Assembly: GCA_045123185.1 (NCBI GenBank)
Contig: JBGVIL010000020.1
Coordinates: forward strand, 19,715 to 83,714
Reading direction: 5' to 3'
From: Bacilli bacterium
GTDB taxonomy: Bacteria > Bacillota_I > Bacilli_A > ML615J-28 > CAG-313
DNA: 64,000 nucleotides
In this document: in pieces, positions 36,659 through 47,276 of the stretch
How the letters are laid out: each line of letters opens with the position of its first letter
Numbering within the stretch: the first letter of the stretch is position 1
Translations under genes and position numbers: made by a program
Notes under the pieces: generated by a model
Seen by the model: the letters and a program-made list of their open reading frames with translations, nothing else
Database searches by the model: none
Told to the model about the DNA's origin: nothing

Positions 36659-36693
36659 CTAAAAAAGAGGACTTTCTGGGTAGAAAGTCCTCT
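36659..36693 (-). terminator. rho-independent terminator after pncA (right boundary of the island)
   Basis: Stem AGAGGACTTTC/GAAAGTCCTCT (36666-36676 and 36683-36693) followed by a T6 run on the minus strand. Confidence 0.85.
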
Positions 36694-36784
36694 TATTATT
36701 TCCTATATAAATAAAATCAAACACATATTCCACCTAACTTAATTATATATCATTAGGAAAAATATGTCAACTTATAAGCTTTTG

Positions 36785-37309
36785 TTATATTACTTCTATT
36801 TGACACATCTTCATAGTGTTAAGTGCATCAAGATGTGACTTTGGTGTAACACCTGCACAACATGAACTATCAACAACAATTTTCTTAGTTGGAAATGTTG
36901 CTTTTGTAAGTAGTACGTTACTTACAACACAGATGTCTGTACAAAGACCAACAAAATGAATTTCATCAAAATCAATTGTTTTTAAATAATCAATCAAATT
37001 AACTGAACCAAATGTTTCTTTTTCAAACACTAATTTATCTTGTAAATAAATATCATTTGGTATATCCCATCCATTTGTTCCTTTAATACAATGTTTAACT
37101 GGAAGTTTAATTCCTTCTGGTGTTGTTAAATAGTCTTCATAATGTGTATCTTTTGTATAAACAATTAAGTCATTATTATTTTCAAACTCTTTAATTTTAT
37201 TAATTACATTTGGTACAATTTGAACTGCTTCTTTTGTGCCTAAAGATCCATCAATAAAATCATTTTGCATATCAACAACAACTAATACTTTCAATTTATT
37301 TGCCTTCAA
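36785..37309 (-). CDS. pncA: nicotinamidase / isochorismatase-family hydrolase
   Basis: VVVDMQNDF and the GLCTDICV catalytic Cys block. It sits adjacent to pncB. Confidence 0.8.
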   Translation of the reverse strand: MKANKLKVLVVVDMQNDFIDGSLGTKEAVQIVPNVINKIKEFENNNDLIVYTKDTHYEDYLTTPEGIKLPVKHCIKGTNGWDIPNDIYLQDKLVFEKETFGSVNLIDYLKTIDFDEIHFVGLCTDICVVSNVLLTKATFPTKKIVVDSSCCAGVTPKSHLDALNTMKMCQIEVI

Positions 37310-38489
37310 TCTTTACTCTGTAATTTACACTTTCTTTTAAGTGCGATAAATACACTTCGTCTTTACACATTGTTTTGCCTTCAACATCTGATAATTTCGC
37401 TACTGGCTTACCATTAACGTATTGAAGTTTAATGACAATATTAAGAGGTGTTGCAAAAGTATCATTAGAACAGTAAGTTCCAATACCAAAAGTAACTTTA
37501 CATTTACCTTTAAAATATTGATAAATTTGTTCTGCTTTATCAAAATCTAAACTATCACTAAATAAAAGGGTTTTATTCTTAGGATCGATTCCAAGCTTTT
37601 TATAATGAGCTAAAATTTTATCACCCCAAATAAATGGATCACCTGAATCATGTCTTAAACCACTATAAGTAGAAGCTTGTAAATAGTCAAAATCTAATAA
37701 GAATAAATCAGTAGTTAATGTATCCGTTAGGGCTGTTCCATTATCTCCGTTATATTCATTAAACCAGTCTTTCATTGCGTAATAGTTAGTATAAGCAAGA
37801 GGTATTTTAGAAATACCTTGATACATTTGAACAAACTCATGAGCATATGTACCAATAGGTTTAATATTATGTTTCATCGCAAGATATACATTCGATGTTC
37901 CAACACAATATCCTGTTTCATTAAATCTTTTTACTACTGTATCCTGCCACTTTCTTGATAGTCTTCTACGACATCCAAATTCAGCAAATTTAAAATTATA
38001 TTTACCGTTTTTAAAATCTTCAATTTTTTGATTTAATCTTTCTTCTGCAGATTTTAATAATTCATCATAATCATAAGTAAATCTAAAATAAACTTCATTT
38101 ACAATTTCTAATAAATATATTTCAAATTGCATTGCACTAAATAAAGGTCCATTAACATTAATAAATAATTCACCATCTTCACTTAGTGATGTTTTGACAT
38201 AATCTCTTAATGGATGCCAAAGTCTTAAGAATTCTACATAGTCATCTTTGATAAAACGAATACTTCTTAAGTAATCTAGTTCAACTTTCGTAAATTTTAA
38301 TGTACATAAATAATCAATTTGTTCATTAATTTCATCTAACATTTCTTTAGTAAATTTGACATCTTCATTACGACATTTAAAATCATACTCACCAATTAAG
38401 TCAGTATGTTTATGAAACATTACTTGATTCATATTAAATTTATATAAATCTGTGTCTAATAGTGATTTTACAATTGGTTCTAATTTCAT
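37296..38489 (-). CDS. pncB: nicotinate phosphoribosyltransferase
   Basis: N-terminal LLDTDLYKFNM, then GTYAHEF and FGIGT blocks; 397 aa. Confidence 0.85.
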   Translation of the reverse strand: MKLEPIVKSLLDTDLYKFNMNQVMFHKHTDLIGEYDFKCRNEDVKFTKEMLDEINEQIDYLCTLKFTKVELDYLRSIRFIKDDYVEFLRLWHPLRDYVKTSLSEDGELFINVNGPLFSAMQFEIYLLEIVNEVYFRFTYDYDELLKSAEERLNQKIEDFKNGKYNFKFAEFGCRRRLSRKWQDTVVKRFNETGYCVGTSNVYLAMKHNIKPIGTYAHEFVQMYQGISKIPLAYTNYYAMKDWFNEYNGDNGTALTDTLTTDLFLLDFDYLQASTYSGLRHDSGDPFIWGDKILAHYKKLGIDPKNKTLLFSDSLDFDKAEQIYQYFKGKCKVTFGIGTYCSNDTFATPLNIVIKLQYVNGKPVAKLSDVEGKTMCKDEVYLSHLKESVNYRVKIEGK

Positions 38490-38591
38490 AATTATTTACC
38501 TCTTATTTTTATTAATATTTCTATTAATTTTATTTTATCAAAAAATAGTGATAAATTCAAGAAAAAATACTTATTACATATATATTATCTA

Positions 38592-38630
38592 GTTTAATAA
38601 AAAGAGAACTTTCATTAGAAAGTTCTCTTT
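38592..38630 (-). terminator. rho-independent terminator after the surface amidase gene
   Basis: 13-bp stem AAAGAGAACTTTC/GAAAGTTCTCTTT followed by a T-run on the minus strand. Confidence 0.8.
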
Positions 38631-38637
38631 CATTATC

Positions 38638-41600
38638 TTATTTTGTATATTGGCCAGGAACCATTGTTGCAAGAGTAACTGTTTCAACTGAAGTTCCATT
38701 GTTAATTCTTACTTCATAAGTGACAACTTTACTATATTCGGGTTGAGCAATTATTCTACCAAATTCATTTACAATTTCTCCACCATCTTTAACAATTAAT
38801 TCAAATGTTGAATTCTTGTATGTAGTTAGAGCTTCGTATTCTGCTTGAACAAGGTCAATAAATTCCCACCAAATTTCTAGATCATTTTCAAGTAATGGTT
38901 GTGGACAATCTTTTGCAGCAAAGAAATGGTGACCAACAACTCTTGTAATATCTAAATTAAATTTAATCATTAATTGTGCAACAAGTTTCGCAGTTACTTG
39001 CCATGTATACCATAGGTCTGATCCTTCATCAACTGCAGATTCGATACCAATACCATGTTTGTTACCACCACGTGAACAAATTCGACCTTCATATACATTT
39101 GAGTAACACCACCAAGTAGTTCCCATATAGTATTCACCATTAACTACTTTAAATGCGAAACCTTGGTCATTTAACCATTTTTCATCTGTTACATAACCTT
39201 CATTTCCACGTTGATCTTTATATGGAACTTGAATAGAAGTTTCTTCACCATTGATTGTAAATTTAGCATTCTTAGAAATTCCCCAAACAGGCCACTTAGG
39301 ATCTGATTCATTGTATTTAACGCCAGTTGGATTCCATTCAAATGTTGAACTTGCACCATCACCAGCATGCCATCCACGGTCAGTTAAATTAAGTGTTTGG
39401 AAAATACCATCATTACCAGTACAGAAGTGTGCTGATACACCCTCTGCTCTAGAGAAATATGCTGCAGTAGCTGCAGCATCTGATCCTACAGTCATACCAG
39501 CAGTATAGTGAACTACTACGAACTCAACTCCATTAATACCTGTTGAATATTGACCATTAGCAACACAAGCTGCTAAATAATCATCTTGCCAAACAGCATC
39601 ATAATTAAAGATCATTTTATTAATACTTCCAAAGATATCAGCATAATATACAGGAGTACCTGCACCAATACCTAAATCATATCTTGTAAAAATATTACTT
39701 TCATGTGAATCAACCATAAATTGTTGTGCTGCACTTAAATTAGTTGGTAATACAGTTACAACAAAATCAAAGTAAATATTTGCATCACTTTCTAGTTGTA
39801 CTCTAATAGTAGCAACACCTTGAGATTTTGCAGTAACTAAACCTGTTGTATCAACTTCAGCAATATCTAAATTTAAGCTTGAGAATACTAGATTTGGTTT
39901 AGAACCATCACGTTTAATGTACTCAGCATTTAACTTAATTTTTTCACCAACATTAGCATAAGATGTAGACTCATAACTTACATCAAAATAATCAGGACTA
40001 GTTACATTAATAGTTACTGTATCAGTTACACCACTTGGAGAAAGTGATTTAATTGTAATTGTAACAGTTCCGTTTGCTAATGTTTCAATTAATCCTTTAT
40101 CATTTACAATAGCGATACTAGCATCACTTGTATAGAATTCAACTTCTTTAATAGCAGCGTTTGTTGGATTTAATTCCCATGTTAATTGATAAGTTTCAAA
40201 ACGATCTAATCCTTCTACTTTATTTGTAATTAAAATACTTTGTACTGGAACTTCTTCTTCCCATTTTGCGTATAAAGTTACTTTACTAGAAAGTTCAGTT
40301 ACAGGATTACCTGTAAATTCTGGATTATCATACCAACCTTTAAATACATAGTAAATTCTAATTGGTGTTTTTAATTCAGTGCCTTCTAAAATATCAAATG
40401 TAGCTTGTGATTTTTCACTCAAAGTTGTCCAGAATCCATTTGCAGCAGCTTCTACTGTAAAGTCCTCAGATACTGGATAACTTGAACGATGTTCTTCAAA
40501 TAAGAATGCACCTAGTGAGTATCTCCAAAATGCTTCATTACCTTGACTTAAATAACTCTTAGATGAACTGTTTGAAGTTACATTAATAATATAGTCTTTT
40601 AACCAAGCCCATTTTGGACCATAAGTTGGATCACTAAAGATGCCGTAGATTGCTGTGAATTTATTTGCAAAACCAACTTGAGTTGTACCTGCTCCTTGAA
40701 CCATACCATCAGGTCTTAAACCAGTTTTACAACCCCAAGCCATTGCATCATTTAAGAAATCTTCAACCATTTCATCACGAGTTGAATATTGCCAGTTACC
40801 ACCATTTAAATTATATGTAACTTTTTGTGCTTCTTTTGTCCATTTTGCATATAAAGTAACATCTGTAATTACAGTTGTTGCAATTTTATTTAAAGCTGTA
40901 CCTGTAAATTCAGCGTTTGTATACCAACCAGCAAATTCATATCCTTCTTTAGTTGGAGTTGGTAAAGTTGTTCCAACACCTACTTTAAAATTAGTTGGAT
41001 ATGTTTCTAATAACATACCATCATTTAAGTAATATGAAATAGTCTTAATTTGACCTTCCCATTTTGCGGTAAATGTTAAATTTTTCGCTGGCATTCTTTC
41101 TGGAATTTCTGCATTCCAACCAACAAAAATATAGCCATCTCTTGTTGGATCTTTAGGCGCAGTAACAATCGCACCATATTCGTAAGTTAAATTATCAATT
41201 TTAGTACCGGCACCTGTATTAAATTTAATAGTAAATGTTTTTACTTCCCAAATAGCTTTGACAGCTAAATCATGTTCAGGCATAACTTCAGGAACTGCCG
41301 GTTCCCAACCTTTAAAAGTAAAACCTTCTTTAGTAGGCGAATTTGGAACAATAATTGTTTCACCAGCTTCAAGCATTACATCATCAATAATATAACCACC
41401 ATCTGTATCAAATGACAATGTGTATTTAGTTGGTTCTGGTTCTAATTCGCCACATTCACATTTTCCATCAATAAATTCATGAGTGTGTTCTTCCCATCTT
41501 GCAGTTAATGTTAAATCTTTTGATACTTCATCATTTTCAAAGTCCCATAGATTTTCACCATTATACCAACCTAGAAATACAAATCCAGAATGTTCATGAA

Positions 41601-41784
41601 GTTTTGGTTCTTCTACTAATTCACCATTAAGAACTTCAACACTTTCAAGTTCGCATTCCATTTCACATTCAAACGAAACAGTAAATTTTTCTTCTTTATT
41701 ATCAGGTGTTTGTTGAAAATTACATCCAACAACTACAAATAAAAATAAAGAAGTAATTAAAAATAAAGATATTTTTTTAAGCAT
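38638..41784 (-). CDS. surface lipoprotein with Flg_new repeats, Big_2-like Ig domains and a C-terminal N-acetylmuramoyl-L-alanine amidase (amidase_2/PGRP) domain
   Basis: Lipobox VVVGC. Repeated F.GW...LTAKWE units. The Ig-like segments contain VTITIKS and ATIRVQ. The amidase block is VVHYTAGM...AHFCTG...WHAGDG...IGIES. Confidence 0.7.
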   Translation of the reverse strand: MLKKISLFLITSLFLFVVVGCNFQQTPDNKEEKFTVSFECEMECELESVEVLNGELVEEPKLHEHSGFVFLGWYNGENLWDFENDEVSKDLTLTARWEEHTHEFIDGKCECGELEPEPTKYTLSFDTDGGYIIDDVMLEAGETIIVPNSPTKEGFTFKGWEPAVPEVMPEHDLAVKAIWEVKTFTIKFNTGAGTKIDNLTYEYGAIVTAPKDPTRDGYIFVGWNAEIPERMPAKNLTFTAKWEGQIKTISYYLNDGMLLETYPTNFKVGVGTTLPTPTKEGYEFAGWYTNAEFTGTALNKIATTVITDVTLYAKWTKEAQKVTYNLNGGNWQYSTRDEMVEDFLNDAMAWGCKTGLRPDGMVQGAGTTQVGFANKFTAIYGIFSDPTYGPKWAWLKDYIINVTSNSSSKSYLSQGNEAFWRYSLGAFLFEEHRSSYPVSEDFTVEAAANGFWTTLSEKSQATFDILEGTELKTPIRIYYVFKGWYDNPEFTGNPVTELSSKVTLYAKWEEEVPVQSILITNKVEGLDRFETYQLTWELNPTNAAIKEVEFYTSDASIAIVNDKGLIETLANGTVTITIKSLSPSGVTDTVTINVTSPDYFDVSYESTSYANVGEKIKLNAEYIKRDGSKPNLVFSSLNLDIAEVDTTGLVTAKSQGVATIRVQLESDANIYFDFVVTVLPTNLSAAQQFMVDSHESNIFTRYDLGIGAGTPVYYADIFGSINKMIFNYDAVWQDDYLAACVANGQYSTGINGVEFVVVHYTAGMTVGSDAAATAAYFSRAEGVSAHFCTGNDGIFQTLNLTDRGWHAGDGASSTFEWNPTGVKYNESDPKWPVWGISKNAKFTINGEETSIQVPYKDQRGNEGYVTDEKWLNDQGFAFKVVNGEYYMGTTWWCYSNVYEGRICSRGGNKHGIGIESAVDEGSDLWYTWQVTAKLVAQLMIKFNLDITRVVGHHFFAAKDCPQPLLENDLEIWWEFIDLVQAEYEALTTYKNSTFELIVKDGGEIVNEFGRIIAQPEYSKVVTYEVRINNGTSVETVTLATMVPGQYTK

Positions 41785-41861
41785 CGTTTCCTCCTTGCTT
41801 TTATATTCATTTATATTTTAACATATATATGTTACATTTGCAAATAAAAATGTTATCGTTT

Positions 41862-41900
41862 TCATAAACAAAAATAAGAGTGATTAAAATCACTCTTATT
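41862..41900 (-). terminator. rho-independent terminator after the second rlmCD-like gene
   Basis: Stem AATAAGAGTGA/TCACTCTTATT followed by TTTTGTTT on the minus strand. Confidence 0.7.
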
Positions 41901-41903
41901 TTA

Positions 41904-43313
41904 TTATTCTTTCGTTAATACTGTAATATTTTCAACATGATTAGTATGTGGGAACATATCAACTGGTTGAACGTAGTTTGGTGTATATCCGAGATTTGTT
42001 AAATATTTCATGTCTCTAGCAAGTGTTGCTGGATCACATGATATATATAAAATCTTCTTAATATCCATTTCATTAATTGTGTCCATAAAGATTGTGTCTA
42101 ATCCTTTTCTTGGAGGATCAACAATTACTGCATCGATTTGTAGACCAAGTTTTTTCCATTTAACAATTTGTTCTGATGCGTTACCTACAACAAACTCAAT
42201 GTTTTTAACATTATTTGCTTTAGCGTTATCTTTAGCGTTTTTAATAGCTTCTTTAACGATTTCAACTGAATATACATGATTTACTTTAGAAGATGCACAA
42301 ATACCAATTGTACCAATTCCACAATAAGCATCAATGATATTATCAGTTGGTTTAAATTTAGCCATTTCGATTGCTTTTGAATATAAAAGTTCAGTAGTTT
42401 GTTGATTAACTTGATAAAAAGATGTTGTTCCTATTTTAAATTTGTAACCTAATAAAACATCTTCAATATAATCATTGCCATATAAGTTAATAGTTTCTTC
42501 ACCCAAAATTACATTAGTTTGAGCACTATTAATATTTTGCATGATTGATGTTATTTTTGGATGTCTGTTAACTAATTTTTTAACAAATTCATCAATATTT
42601 CGAATATCTTTCTTTAGTGTTACTAATACAACCATTATTTGATTTGTAACTTTACTTTCACGTACAAGTACGTGTCTAATATCACCTGTGTGTTTTTCTT
42701 CGTTATATCCTCTTATTTTAAATTCATTACATAAGTTTCGAATAAACCTTACAATTTCTGTCATTTCATCACTTTGGATATAACATGATTCTAATGGAAT
42801 AATATCATGAGAAGCATTTTTATAAAAGCCACATACAGTTTTATTATTTTTTGAACCAAATGGGATTTGGACTTTATTACGGTATTTGTCTTGATTAACT
42901 GAACCAATAACATTTTTTATTTTTAAATCTTTAAACCCACCAATCTTTTCCATTGTTTGTTTTACCATACTTTTTTTGAAAGCCAGTTGACCTTCATATG
43001 ATAAATGCATTAGGTGACAACCACCACAATTTTCATAAATTGGACACATTGGTTCTACACGATATTTAGAGGTTTTATCTTTAAATAGTTTTATTATTTT
43101 ACCATTACCTAAAGTTTTCTTTAAACTTGTAATTTCAATAATACCTTCTTCACTAGAAATTGCATTATTAACAAAGATTGGAAAGTTTTCAGCAAGACTA
43201 TCGTTTTTTAACATTCCATTAATCTTGCAAACACCTTTACCATCATGCGTCATTGATACAAATTTAACTTTAAACTTTTCACCGACTTGAATCTTTTTTA
43301 CAAATTCTTCCAT
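41904..43313 (-). CDS. 23S rRNA (uracil-5-)-methyltransferase, RumA/RlmCD family (TRAM domain; paralog of 10388-11710)
   Basis: N-terminal TRAM-like fold, the Cys cluster CPIYENCGGCHLMH, then DPPRKG and FPHTNHVE. Confidence 0.85.
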   Translation of the reverse strand: MEEFVKKIQVGEKFKVKFVSMTHDGKGVCKINGMLKNDSLAENFPIFVNNAISSEEGIIEITSLKKTLGNGKIIKLFKDKTSKYRVEPMCPIYENCGGCHLMHLSYEGQLAFKKSMVKQTMEKIGGFKDLKIKNVIGSVNQDKYRNKVQIPFGSKNNKTVCGFYKNASHDIIPLESCYIQSDEMTEIVRFIRNLCNEFKIRGYNEEKHTGDIRHVLVRESKVTNQIMVVLVTLKKDIRNIDEFVKKLVNRHPKITSIMQNINSAQTNVILGEETINLYGNDYIEDVLLGYKFKIGTTSFYQVNQQTTELLYSKAIEMAKFKPTDNIIDAYCGIGTIGICASSKVNHVYSVEIVKEAIKNAKDNAKANNVKNIEFVVGNASEQIVKWKKLGLQIDAVIVDPPRKGLDTIFMDTINEMDIKKILYISCDPATLARDMKYLTNLGYTPNYVQPVDMFPHTNHVENITVLTKE

Positions 43314-43319
43314 AGATAC

Positions 43320-43850
43320 CTACTTGATTTTGGCCTTATCTTCACTAATTATTTGAGCAACTCTTGTTGATGCGGCTGCTGCAATAGATCCAACAATATC
43401 ATCTAAGAAAGTATGACACATTCCGTTTAAGTCTTTTCCTTCTTCATTTAGACGGTGAACAACACTTGGTTTGTTTACATCAATATCACCAAAGTTTGTT
43501 TGACCAATTGAACCATATAATCTTGCAATATCAATACCTAATATTTCATCAATACCAAATACACCTAAGTCATGTCTAATAATATCTTGAATTGGACCTT
43601 GAAGTAATCCTTCTTCAGCTAAACGATCAATTTCTACACCAAGTTGTAAAATGTGGAAAACATCACGAAGTGATAAAATCTTTTCAACACTTTCTATACA
43701 ATCAGAATATTTAACATTATCAGAATATTTAGCTTGTTGATTGTAGGCAATGTCTGCGATATCTTCTAATGTAACACCACGTTTTTTTAGTGTTTCAGTG
43801 TTTAAATCTAACATTTCTTTTCTTGAATAATATAATTTAACTTCTTTCAT
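43320..43850 (-). CDS. phosphatidylglycerophosphatase A family protein (YutG/PgpA-like)
   Basis: The C-terminal HTFLDDIVGSIAAAA block is characteristic of PgpA-domain proteins. Confidence 0.6.
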   Translation of the reverse strand: MKEVKLYYSRKEMLDLNTETLKKRGVTLEDIADIAYNQQAKYSDNVKYSDCIESVEKILSLRDVFHILQLGVEIDRLAEEGLLQGPIQDIIRHDLGVFGIDEILGIDIARLYGSIGQTNFGDIDVNKPSVVHRLNEEGKDLNGMCHTFLDDIVGSIAAAASTRVAQIISEDKAKIK

Positions 43851-43854
43851 AAAA

Positions 43855-44790
43855 TTACTCTTTTCTATATTTCTTTAATCCACCGTTAATAAAATCAACA
43901 GCTTTCATTCTTTTCTTACCAACTGGTTGAACTTCATATATATCAATTGTAGTATTATTACCACAAGCCATTGTGAAATACTTCTTACTTACACTTACAA
44001 TTTCACCAGGATTTAAGTTGTGAGATATAGTTCCAACTTTTAAATCATAAACTTTAATTCGGTCATTTGGATCATTAAATCCATTAAAGTAAAAATACAT
44101 TCCAGGTTCATCAAGAAGTGCTCTTAGTGTTCTTTCAATAACGATAGCTTCTTTTTCAAAATCAATTTCTTCTTCTGTACTTTCAATATTGTATGAGAAA
44201 GTTGCCTCTTCATCATTTTGTTTAATTGGAGTAATTTTACCATCAATTAGTAATGGTATTGTTTCCATTAACAAATCACGACCTAATAGACTCATCTTAT
44301 TAAACAAAGTTGTCGAAGTATCATTATCTAAGATTTCTAATTCTTTTTGAGCTAAGATATCACCTGCGTCCATTTTCTTAGCCATATACATAATCGTAAT
44401 ACCAGTTACTTTATCACCATTCATAATAGCTCTTTGAATTGGTGCACCACCTCGATGTTTTGGTAAAAGTGACCCATGAACATTAATGCTTTTAAAACGG
44501 GGTGCATTTAAAAGTTTCATACCAACAATTTGACCATATGCAGCAGTAACAATTAAATCTGGATTTAACGCAAGTATATCTTCATAATCTTCTCTAATTT
44601 TAATTGGCTGAATTACTTTTAATCCTTTTTCTAACGCATACTTTTTAACAGGACTCATTTGTAGTTCTTTTTTTCTACCTACTAATTTATCGGGTTGAGT
44701 AACAACACCGACTACTTCATATGTATTATATAAAGCATCCAGGATTGGAACACTAAATTCAGGTGTTCCCATAAATACAATTTTTAACAT
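43855..44790 (-). CDS. fmt: methionyl-tRNA formyltransferase
   Basis: FMGTPEFSVPIL and HGSLLPKHRGGAPIQ motifs; 311 aa. Confidence 0.95.
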   Translation of the reverse strand: MLKIVFMGTPEFSVPILDALYNTYEVVGVVTQPDKLVGRKKELQMSPVKKYALEKGLKVIQPIKIREDYEDILALNPDLIVTAAYGQIVGMKLLNAPRFKSINVHGSLLPKHRGGAPIQRAIMNGDKVTGITIMYMAKKMDAGDILAQKELEILDNDTSTTLFNKMSLLGRDLLMETIPLLIDGKITPIKQNDEEATFSYNIESTEEEIDFEKEAIVIERTLRALLDEPGMYFYFNGFNDPNDRIKVYDLKVGTISHNLNPGEIVSVSKKYFTMACGNNTTIDIYEVQPVGKKRMKAVDFINGGLKKYRKE

Positions 44791-44798
44791 CTTATCAC

Positions 44799-47114
44799 CT
44801 AATTAATGGCTTTTGAATATCTATCAAATATAACCATTGTATCTTTCTTTTGAAACATTTCATATATATGCATATAGATCTTTTTAATATTTGGATCTTT
44901 ATGTTTAACAATTAACTGAACCTTTTTTTCTTTATAATTATAACTAGGTCCAATAACTAAAATATTAGGATTAATATTTTGAATTGTTTTCTTAATATTA
45001 TTTGCTGTAATAAATACTTCTTTAAAATCTCCTTTAACAAGTATTCTATTTACTTCATAAAGAGGTTCTACTTGTAAGCTTTCTCTAATTTTTAATTCTT
45101 CATAAAAGTATTCATCATAATCATTTAAAATAAAGTTTTTTAAAACAATATTCTTTGTGTTGCTTGTTTGAATAATCATTGAACCACGATTAAGTAGTTT
45201 TTTAGCATGTTGTAACATACTATAAGCTAAGTGATTCGCAATATAAGATGGTGTATTTAACACTACATCTAAATTAATAATACCAACAACTGTTAAATTT
45301 TTTACATCAATTGATCTTGAGAAAGTATCACTAGTAATTAAAATATCTAATTCATTTTGATTAAAATTATCAATTACTTCTTCTAGTTCTTCAAGTTTTG
45401 ATTCATTTAATACTTTAACTTTTGCTGTATCAAATAAACTTATAACCGTTTCTTCTAGTTTTTCCATACCAATTCCATCATATGATAATTTATTTGTTTT
45501 ACAAACAGGACAAACTTTTGGCTCAGGTGTTTTACGGTAACATACTGGACAATATAGTTCATGTTTATCTTTATGATATTGGAATGGTACTTTACAACTA
45601 TAACATTTTAATGTTGTGCCACAACTTCGACAAGTAACACTAGTTGAATAACCTTTATTATTTAAAATAAGAATTGTTTTTTCACCTTTTTTTAAAGCTT
45701 CACTTATTTTCATATAAAGTGTTGGACTAATGATTGTTGATTTGTGTTCTCTAACAAGCGTTGTTAAGTTTACTACTTCATAATTAATATTATCATCAAC
45801 TTTATTTGATAAAAGCGTAATGTGACCTAACATTGCTTCTTTATAAGTATTAAGAAGTGGAGCTGTGCTATCTAGTACGAGTTTTACATCTAAATTATTT
45901 ATTTGTTTTTGTAATTTAATAAAGTCTTGCATTACTAAGTTTAAATCATATCTTGGAGATTGATCATTACGGTAATTTGATGACTCTTGATCTAACATAA
46001 TAATTGTTTGGATATTTGGATAGTTCCATAAACTAAATGCCGGAGTTGAGACATAAACTTGGTATTTATCTAGTTCATAAAAGTAATCATAAATAGCCGA
46101 ATCAGTTAGATTAGAATTTAAACAAGCTACTTTAATTTTTAAAAGTTTTCTAATTTTTGAAGCAATTTCATAACTTTGTAAAATATCACTACATAAAATT
46201 AATGTATTAACTTTTTTGTTTAAATTGTCATTTATTATCTTAATAATAAATTCTAGTTCTTCATCTTTACTTGAAGGCATATATAATAACATATTAGATT
46301 CATTATATTTAATCATATAATTATCAACAACAGCTGATGTTTTAAAATCTTTTACATGATATTCTACCATTTGTTGTTTAGTTCTTGAGTATGGTTCATA
46401 TAATTCCTTTAAATAACCTTCTTTAACCATTTTAGTTATTAAATATTTTGATACACCTATCATTGATTCTAAGTCTTCGTATGGTAAACCTTTTGAATAT
46501 TCTTTTAATAAGTGTAAAACTTCTTTTCTCATTTCTGACTTTTGACTCATTAAATGTAGTTCAAATTCATCATAATATACTGAATACTTTTTTATCCACT
46601 TTGGTTGTTTTTTTTGAACTGCGTCATATCTAATAACAATGTCACCACAATTTATTGCAGTTTTAATTTGTCTATCAAAGTCTTTAAACTTAGGTGTAAC
46701 TTTAACAAGTCTTTCACCATTAAATAAATTAAGAAGATTTGCGTCTAAATTAGAACCATTTATAACTTCATAATATTTAATTGTTTGAAGTCTTAAACCT
46801 TCTGGTATCATTAGATTTAAGATTCTAGACATTGGACTTATTGTTTCAAGTTTAATGTTTTTAGCAAGTTCTATTTGAACTTGAGTAAGAATTGGTGTTT
46901 CGTCTAAAACTTCCAAAATCGGCTTAATTTCGCCTAAATATGCAGTTTTATCACTAATATCTAAAACAATACCAAGAGTAGGACGATTTCCCATACCAAA
47001 TGGTACTTTAACTCTTGTGCCAATTAAAACATTCATTTTATCAGGAATGACATAATCAAACTGACAATCAACTTGTGATGATGGGTTATCAATAATAACG
47101 TTTGCGAATAGCAT
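44799..47114 (-). CDS. priA: primosomal protein N' (replication restart helicase)
   Basis: Zinc-binding region CRSCG...CYSC...CPVC...CPVC in a ~770-aa protein. Conserved position upstream of fmt. Start preferred at 47114 (AAAGGAG SD upstream). Confidence 0.8.
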   Translation of the reverse strand: MLFANVIIDNPSSQVDCQFDYVIPDKMNVLIGTRVKVPFGMGNRPTLGIVLDISDKTAYLGEIKPILEVLDETPILTQVQIELAKNIKLETISPMSRILNLMIPEGLRLQTIKYYEVINGSNLDANLLNLFNGERLVKVTPKFKDFDRQIKTAINCGDIVIRYDAVQKKQPKWIKKYSVYYDEFELHLMSQKSEMRKEVLHLLKEYSKGLPYEDLESMIGVSKYLITKMVKEGYLKELYEPYSRTKQQMVEYHVKDFKTSAVVDNYMIKYNESNMLLYMPSSKDEELEFIIKIINDNLNKKVNTLILCSDILQSYEIASKIRKLLKIKVACLNSNLTDSAIYDYFYELDKYQVYVSTPAFSLWNYPNIQTIIMLDQESSNYRNDQSPRYDLNLVMQDFIKLQKQINNLDVKLVLDSTAPLLNTYKEAMLGHITLLSNKVDDNINYEVVNLTTLVREHKSTIISPTLYMKISEALKKGEKTILILNNKGYSTSVTCRSCGTTLKCYSCKVPFQYHKDKHELYCPVCYRKTPEPKVCPVCKTNKLSYDGIGMEKLEETVISLFDTAKVKVLNESKLEELEEVIDNFNQNELDILITSDTFSRSIDVKNLTVVGIINLDVVLNTPSYIANHLAYSMLQHAKKLLNRGSMIIQTSNTKNIVLKNFILNDYDEYFYEELKIRESLQVEPLYEVNRILVKGDFKEVFITANNIKKTIQNINPNILVIGPSYNYKEKKVQLIVKHKDPNIKKIYMHIYEMFQKKDTMVIFDRYSKAIN

Positions 47115-47214
47115 AGTAGTCACTCCTTTCATACTAATTTATTATAACATATTTTTTTTAATTGTGAAGAGAATTTAAGAAATAAACTAAGTTATATTAA
47201 AATTTATCAAATTT

Positions 47215-47257
47215 AAAAATAAAAAAGTTAACAATGTACAAATTAAATTGTTAACTT
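47215..47257 (-). terminator. terminator after the repeat lipoprotein gene
   Basis: Stem AAGTTAACAAT/ATTGTTAACTT with an 11-nt loop, followed by a T6 run on the minus strand. Confidence 0.55.
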
Positions 47258-47276
47258 CTATTTTATATTATAATAA

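Noticed and set aside
36643-36660. A start-stop mini-ORF (ATG-TAA) with a strong AGGAGGTG SD just after the pncA terminator.
   Set aside because: It lies between a strong terminator and the RHS-operon leader, with no evident promoter feeding it. It is probably a fortuitous SD-like sequence.
20245-36693. The island as a prophage.
   Set aside because: No capsid, tail, terminase, portal, holin or lysin genes are present. The only mobility gene is the serine recombinase.
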